DNA of 53,128 nucleotides, counting the filler, from Squatina squatina (taxonomy: Eukaryota), in the NCBI GenBank assembly GCA_031763465.1. It is 2 parts of 2 records of this genome, joined end to end, with 100 filler letters (N's around TTAATTAATTAA, not from the genome) between each part and the next. Parts side by side here need not be neighbours in the genome. Positions count along the whole stretch, not along the records: positions 29,780 to 53,128 come from JARFOE010000080.1; 1 more part is not named here. One strand, 5' to 3'. Below, piece after piece: positions 48,088 through 53,128 of this stretch. Below the pieces are notes generated by a model. That model saw only the letters and a program-made list of their open reading frames with translations, did not search any database and was not told where the DNA came from. Within the stretch, counting starts at the first letter, position 1; every line of letters starts with the position of its first letter. Made by a program: the position numbers and the translations under genes.

Positions 48088-48862
48088 GGCTCAGAAGGTT
48101 CGGTGTCACGTACGAAGTGTGCCCACGCCCGGAGAGGCCCTGCAAGTTCCGNNNNNNNNNNNNNNNNNNNNNNNNNNNNNNNNNNNNNNNNNNNNNNNNN
48201 NNNNNNNNNNNNNNNNNNNNNNNNNNNNNNNNNNNNNNNNNNNNNNNNNNNAGCCCAAGGCCCAATTCTGCAAATTAAATTTTTTGGCCTTGCGCTCATT
48301 TCACGCCCGGATTGCGCTGCTAATCTGCGCAACCCGGCCCTGAGATGAGACCAACTGTTTTAAAACTTACCTAAGGATCTTCTGGCCAGTCGGCTCCTCC
48401 CGCCGTACTACTGCTACAGGTCAGTAGTCAGCGCGGGACTGCCCCTGTATTGAAGTAAGTATTACATCACAGCGCCGATTAGTGGGTGCCTCATCCAGGT
48501 CCATTTCTGTGGAGTCCTGGGGTGGAGGTTGGAGGACGAAGCAGTGTCCATCCCGCTCCACAGGACTGCTGTATGGGGCCGACAGCCTACGATCGCCCCC
48601 CTCACCTGCTGTTCTCCCCTTTCCCTCTCTCTAAGGACTTACCCAAGAGCCGCTGCCGGTGAGGTAAATGGCACAAATTCAATCTGGCCACATGGGCGCG
48701 CTGCCTTTTGAGGCATGACAGGTACCGACAGCTCGCCCAATTATTATAATGAGGCCCGAGGCTCAATGCCTGTTGCGCCTCAGGCCTCCTGGATGGGGCA
48801 CATGCTGGAGGCCCGTCATTAGTTATGTACCTGAAAATGGGCCATACCAAATTTCTACTCCC
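48088..48862. mobile_element. GC/CpG-rich non-autonomous DNA transposon(s), interrupted by a gap
   Basis: att|ggctcagaagg left end and aaatttctactccc|atg right end; CpG-rich with internal palindromes (gaggcccgaggc...gcctcaggcctc). Confidence 0.55.
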
Positions 48863-49507
48863 ATGTTTCGATTAACATTAGCTTACATTTAACCACATTA
48901 AAATGCATCTGTTGTTTCTTTCAGATAAATCCCATAACGATGCTGCCGCTCTACTATAACCCCAATTTAGGAGGTCTGAGTAAAGAAAAATGTGGGAGTA
49001 GTGCAATTAACATGCACAGTGCTACAAATAAAACCTACATGGCAAATCGTTAAGAGGATAATTTGGATTTATTTATTGGTAATGTTTTGAAAACAAAATG
49101 GAATTTTATTGATTTGAAAAGCTATGCTTGCAAGTATGAAGGTAATAGGGTTTTGATTGATTTAGTCAACTTGAGTTAGACTTTGAACATAAAAATGGAA
49201 ATTAATCAGCTGGCACTGATTTAAGACCATGTCACATTATAGATTACCATTTTTTCTTATTATTGTTTAGCTATTAAGGTGGTGATGGGTTATTTGAAAG
49301 GTTATGAATGATGGCAAAGATGCTGCAGTTTAATTTTCAGGATTGCAATATATTATTTATTTTCAGTGTCTAAAATATGATGGGTTAGGTTTTGCACATT
49401 GCAGAGGGTTAGCTTTGAGCTTGTGCTGCATACTTAAAAGTTCTAATTTAAATCTCTCACCACCTCTCATAGCCACTCTCAAATAATGCGTCTCACTTCA
49501 AGACTAT

Positions 49508-49735
49508 GGCCCAGAAATTGGGGAACGCTGGAAGCCTGCTGGTGACATCTGTGGCCAAGGATAATGACTGCTGGCCGAGGGAGCACAGACAGCAATGGCA
49601 TTTTGATGCTGCCTGCTCATTATCATCAGCGTGATGGTGATTTACGAGTGCAACGTATTCTTTGCAGTACTAATGTCGGAAGGAGGCCAAAGGCTGCCTC
49701 AGTCTCCCGCTCTCGGGGAAGAAAGGAGCAGCCTG
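49508..49735. mobile_element. MITE left end
   Basis: tat|ggcccagaaattgg terminus; runs into a gap. Confidence 0.45.
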
Positions 49736-51724
49736 NNNNNNNNNNNNNNNNNNNNNNNNNNNNNNNNNNNNNNNNNNNNNNNNNNNNNNNNNNNNNNNNN
49801 NNNNNNNNNNNNNNNNNNNNNNNNNNNNNNNNNNNGAATACCCCATCTTCTTCCGTCACAATGTTGAAATGTTATTGCTTCTTATGTGCTTAAACATGGA
49901 TTGATATTTTCTATAAATTTTATATGAAAATAGTTTTGTTTGAAGTACTGATTATAATCATGTAATTTGATGACCTCATGCCATTTTCTATATGTGGTAC
50001 TGAACCAAGTCCCCACAATCAGTGGATTAGTGCTGCATAACATAAATATCTCTACATAATATAACTCATGGGGATATGTAAGTGAGTGTAATGTGGCACT
50101 TTATATGGCCGACTTACCCAGACATGTAAACTGCAGATAACAATAAAATTTTCACATGTAATCACATGTAACATTAAAGTTAGCATGAAATTGATACTGC
50201 AATGGACCTCAGTGTCCTTAGACTATAGACGTGAGAGAAAGCCGCAAAGATTTTTGAGCCTGATTGCTTTCCAGTGACTCCGGCTGGAAAGTGCACATCT
50301 GCAGACACAGGAGGAGGGCAGGATCGGGCTTTACTGTGATAGCCCTTAAAAATAGCCTGCTGATGCTCACTGTCTCAGCTCGCATAGGAAGAATGCTCAT
50401 TTAGGGGTGTTATTTTAAGAACGTGGAATTGTAACCCCAGTATGGGTCATGACAGTCAGGAAAGGACAGGACAAAATTTAGGAAAAAGGTAACATAACAT
50501 GTAACCATTCCATGAATCAAATTCTTTTTCAGCATGTCTTTTACAAAATAAAACATGTCAAAATCACTCAAATAATTATCAATTTACAATATTAGTGTGC
50601 AGATGACATAAATGTAGTTGTGCTGCTTTATACATACAGAGGTTGAAGGGATGAATCAGTGATATTGCCACATTACAACAGTGATGCATCACAGTGTACC
50701 ATCATACCTCTAAGCATTGAAACTTTGGAAGAAAATGGTGAAGCAGGAAACCAGTGAAAGTTTCCATTTCAATCAGAACTTGAACAATAAGTGTAATTTT
50801 CATTATAAAAATCCTCAAAGTCTTCAGAAAGGTTCTGATTTTGGATTTCTTCGCAGTTCCCTGGAGAATTTCTTCAGCATTTTCCAGCAAAAGATTCAGT
50901 TGTGGTGTGATACCAAATGCATATTGAACTGGCTTAGCTGCTGGGAGACCTGATTACAAAAGCCGCCCTAGCAATGTTAGGGAGCGAAAAGCCAATAAGA
51001 AAAAGATTGAATAGACAGGGTCTGGACGGCAAACAGTTACTAGTTGTGTAATAATTTGCCTGTTTCATTTAGAAGAGAAACTACAAAATTACAACACGAG
51101 AGCACACGTTCAATCACTAAACTGTGGATATCATCTGCACTGCTTTCAAATCAGACATGGTTGAAATTTTCAGAAAGCTGGTGAAATAGTACCAATTCTG
51201 TGAGGCTCAGAAAAACAAAATCAGGATAATTCACCACATCTCACAATGCAGGGGAGCTGCATTAAAGAGCTTACTCCATCAACTGAATTTTACAGATTCC
51301 AAATTATTCTGCTCTTTTGCTCGTTTCACAAATTACATTGCTGTAAACATCAGCACTTGATATGAAGACACACAAGAAAGAAAAAAGACTTCGGTGACAG
51401 AGACTTTTTCCAGATCATAACATTTTATTGTGTACAGTCAGGAAATGTAGACTTACTGGTACAATCTATGCTGGGTTTGCAAATTATTGTACTAGCAGCA
51501 GGTTCCAATCAATGAGAACCTTTCAGCTATGAACTATTATAGATTTNNNNNNNNNNNNNNNNNNNNNNNNNNNNNNNNNNNNNNNNNNNNNNNNNNNNNN
51601 NNNNNNNNNNNNNNNNNNNNNNNNNNNNNNNNNNNNNNNNNNNNNNACAATGTTGGGGTTGGATCTGAGAGAGCGGAATACTATGATTAATTAAACTCTC
51701 CATAACTTGTTACTCTCATTGAGA

Positions 51725-51950
51725 GTCATTAATGGGGGCAATGGAAACATATTAGTACAGCAGGGAACGCTCATCTAATATTAGAGTCAAGGCACATTGC
51801 TGATGTAGCAAAACGTTTTGCTCTGCAACAAACCTTCATTACAGCTGACGATAGTGTTTGATGCTGAAACTGAGTACAGGAAATGGAAAACATGTTACAT
51901 TTTCATGTGCTGACATTCTCACCTTGAGAAGTACAATAAAATTACAGCCA
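51725..51950 (+). mobile_element. Old SINE remnant with LF-SINE-like central motifs
   Basis: aatgggggcaatggaaac...gagtcaaggcacattg...agtgtttgatgctga...ctgacattctcaccttga; resemblance is from recall only. Confidence 0.35.
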
Positions 51951-53128
51951 GAATTAAATAAACTGGCCGTCTCATAATTGAAAGGCACTTTGCCTTTATA
52001 CAATGCTTTCACTGGCCATCCAGCTGATTGCAGGCAGATTCAACATACTTGTGTTTGGCTGATTAGATAGAAGTTTTAAGGGGGAAAAGTGTTAAAGCTC
52101 TTCACCTTGACAGGTTTGCTTATCTTCTGAGAAAAAAACAGCTATTTGAAAGGATAAGGATTAATAGACTCTNNNNNNNNNNGCATAACCATCCATTTTA
52201 GGCAGTGGCAGAAAAACAATAATGCAGCTTTCCGCATTCCATTAGGCAAACAGAACAGACTGGCAATTAGAGAATTTCTGTGTACATTTCCTTGCTGGAT
52301 TACAGTGATTCATCTTCGCTGTCAGATAAAGGGCATAGCTGTAGAAGGTTAGTGTTCCTTGATGGGTCATCTGTGTCACCATAGTGATAGGTATCACTGG
52401 ATGGAGTTTATGATGAATTCAAATGTGTGCAGGCAATGGTTTTCTGAACAAAGTTCTTAAAAACTTACTTTCTGAGGCTCGTTATTTTGAATTACTATTT
52501 ACACTGAAATACATNNNNNNNNNNNNNNNNNNNNNNNNNNNNNNNNNNNNNNNNNNNNNNNNNNNNNNNNNNNNNNNNNNNNNNNNNNNNNNNNNNNNNN
52601 NNNNNNNNNNNNNNAACTGTCAAAACTTCAATAAAAGATGCAAAACAGCGCAAACATTTTTAAAAGATATGTTACTTCCCTTTAAACACTGGATAACAAT
52701 ACTTGCGGAATACAAGTGAAAGTATTCCCACCTCTGCCTGAAAACATTCTGCTCAACTGGCACTAAGACGAGAAATGATAAAGAATGCACAGTTCAAGGG
52801 TGATTCCCAACCCACAGATAATGAATACCTGAAGGCAACAGAACATTGGTACCAACTGCTAAAGATGACCTTGGTTACTGTAAGATGTTTCCCTTATGCT
52901 GCAATGGTGGTCTATGTGATTTCAGTTTAGGTGCTGTTCACAAAATCTGCAATTTGGTAAATTTTGAGCATGCATTGTACAGAAATCATGTGTTAAGTTT
53001 TCTGACTGTAGACTGTGAATAATCAAAAAATCTAGTCCCCTTGTGCAAACATAACATTTCTTTTTTCAACTTTTTTCAACTATTTTTTTACATGCTACAA
53101 TCACAATGAATAATAAGGGTCTGTGTCA

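Larger units (their letters stand above)
7174..53128 (-). other. IL1RAPL2: Part of the very large upstream intron (intron-2 equivalent) of IL1RAPL2
   Basis: No signal-peptide exon or other coding exon recognised in this span. IL1RAPL genes are known for very large introns. Continuity is uncertain because of many N gaps. Confidence 0.6.

Noticed and set aside
1-53128. CRISPR arrays, operons, prophage or defence systems; additional IL1RAPL2 exons; ORFs containing X runs
   Set aside because: Vertebrate intronic DNA with no regularly spaced repeats or gene-dense blocks. No signal-peptide exon or NSTYCMKV exon was seen. X-containing ORFs are artefacts of N gaps.

Overview
Eukaryotic, gap-rich draft genomic DNA, very likely from a shark or other cartilaginous fish (inferred from the repeat content: SacSINE1-like Deu-SINEs, HE1/HER1-type CR1 tails, shark-type L2, Penelope and GC-rich MITEs). 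The only real coding sequence found is one 280-nt internal exon on the minus strand (6894-7173, canonical AG/GT sites) encoding the first Ig domain of the synaptic organiser IL1RAPL2 (exon-3 equivalent). Everything else reads as its two large flanking introns, filled with decayed CR1, L2 and Zenon-like LINE fragments, SINEs, a probable solo LTR, many non-autonomous DNA transposon remnants and candidate enhancers. Almost all ORFs in the track are spurious, TE-derived or run through N gaps. I see no convincing novel multi-gene system. The most interesting signals are: a Penelope-type inverted repeat containing a minimal hammerhead-ribozyme core (2813-2945); a multi-copy non-autonomous element built as a chain of hairpins; a SINE/L2 shared 3' tail; an antisense LTR-like promoter near the exon; a 141-bp local duplication with skewed substitutions; several RFX X-box motifs; and an artificial TTAATTAATTAA linker in one gap. 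Family names and human protein comparisons are from recall and were not database-verified.
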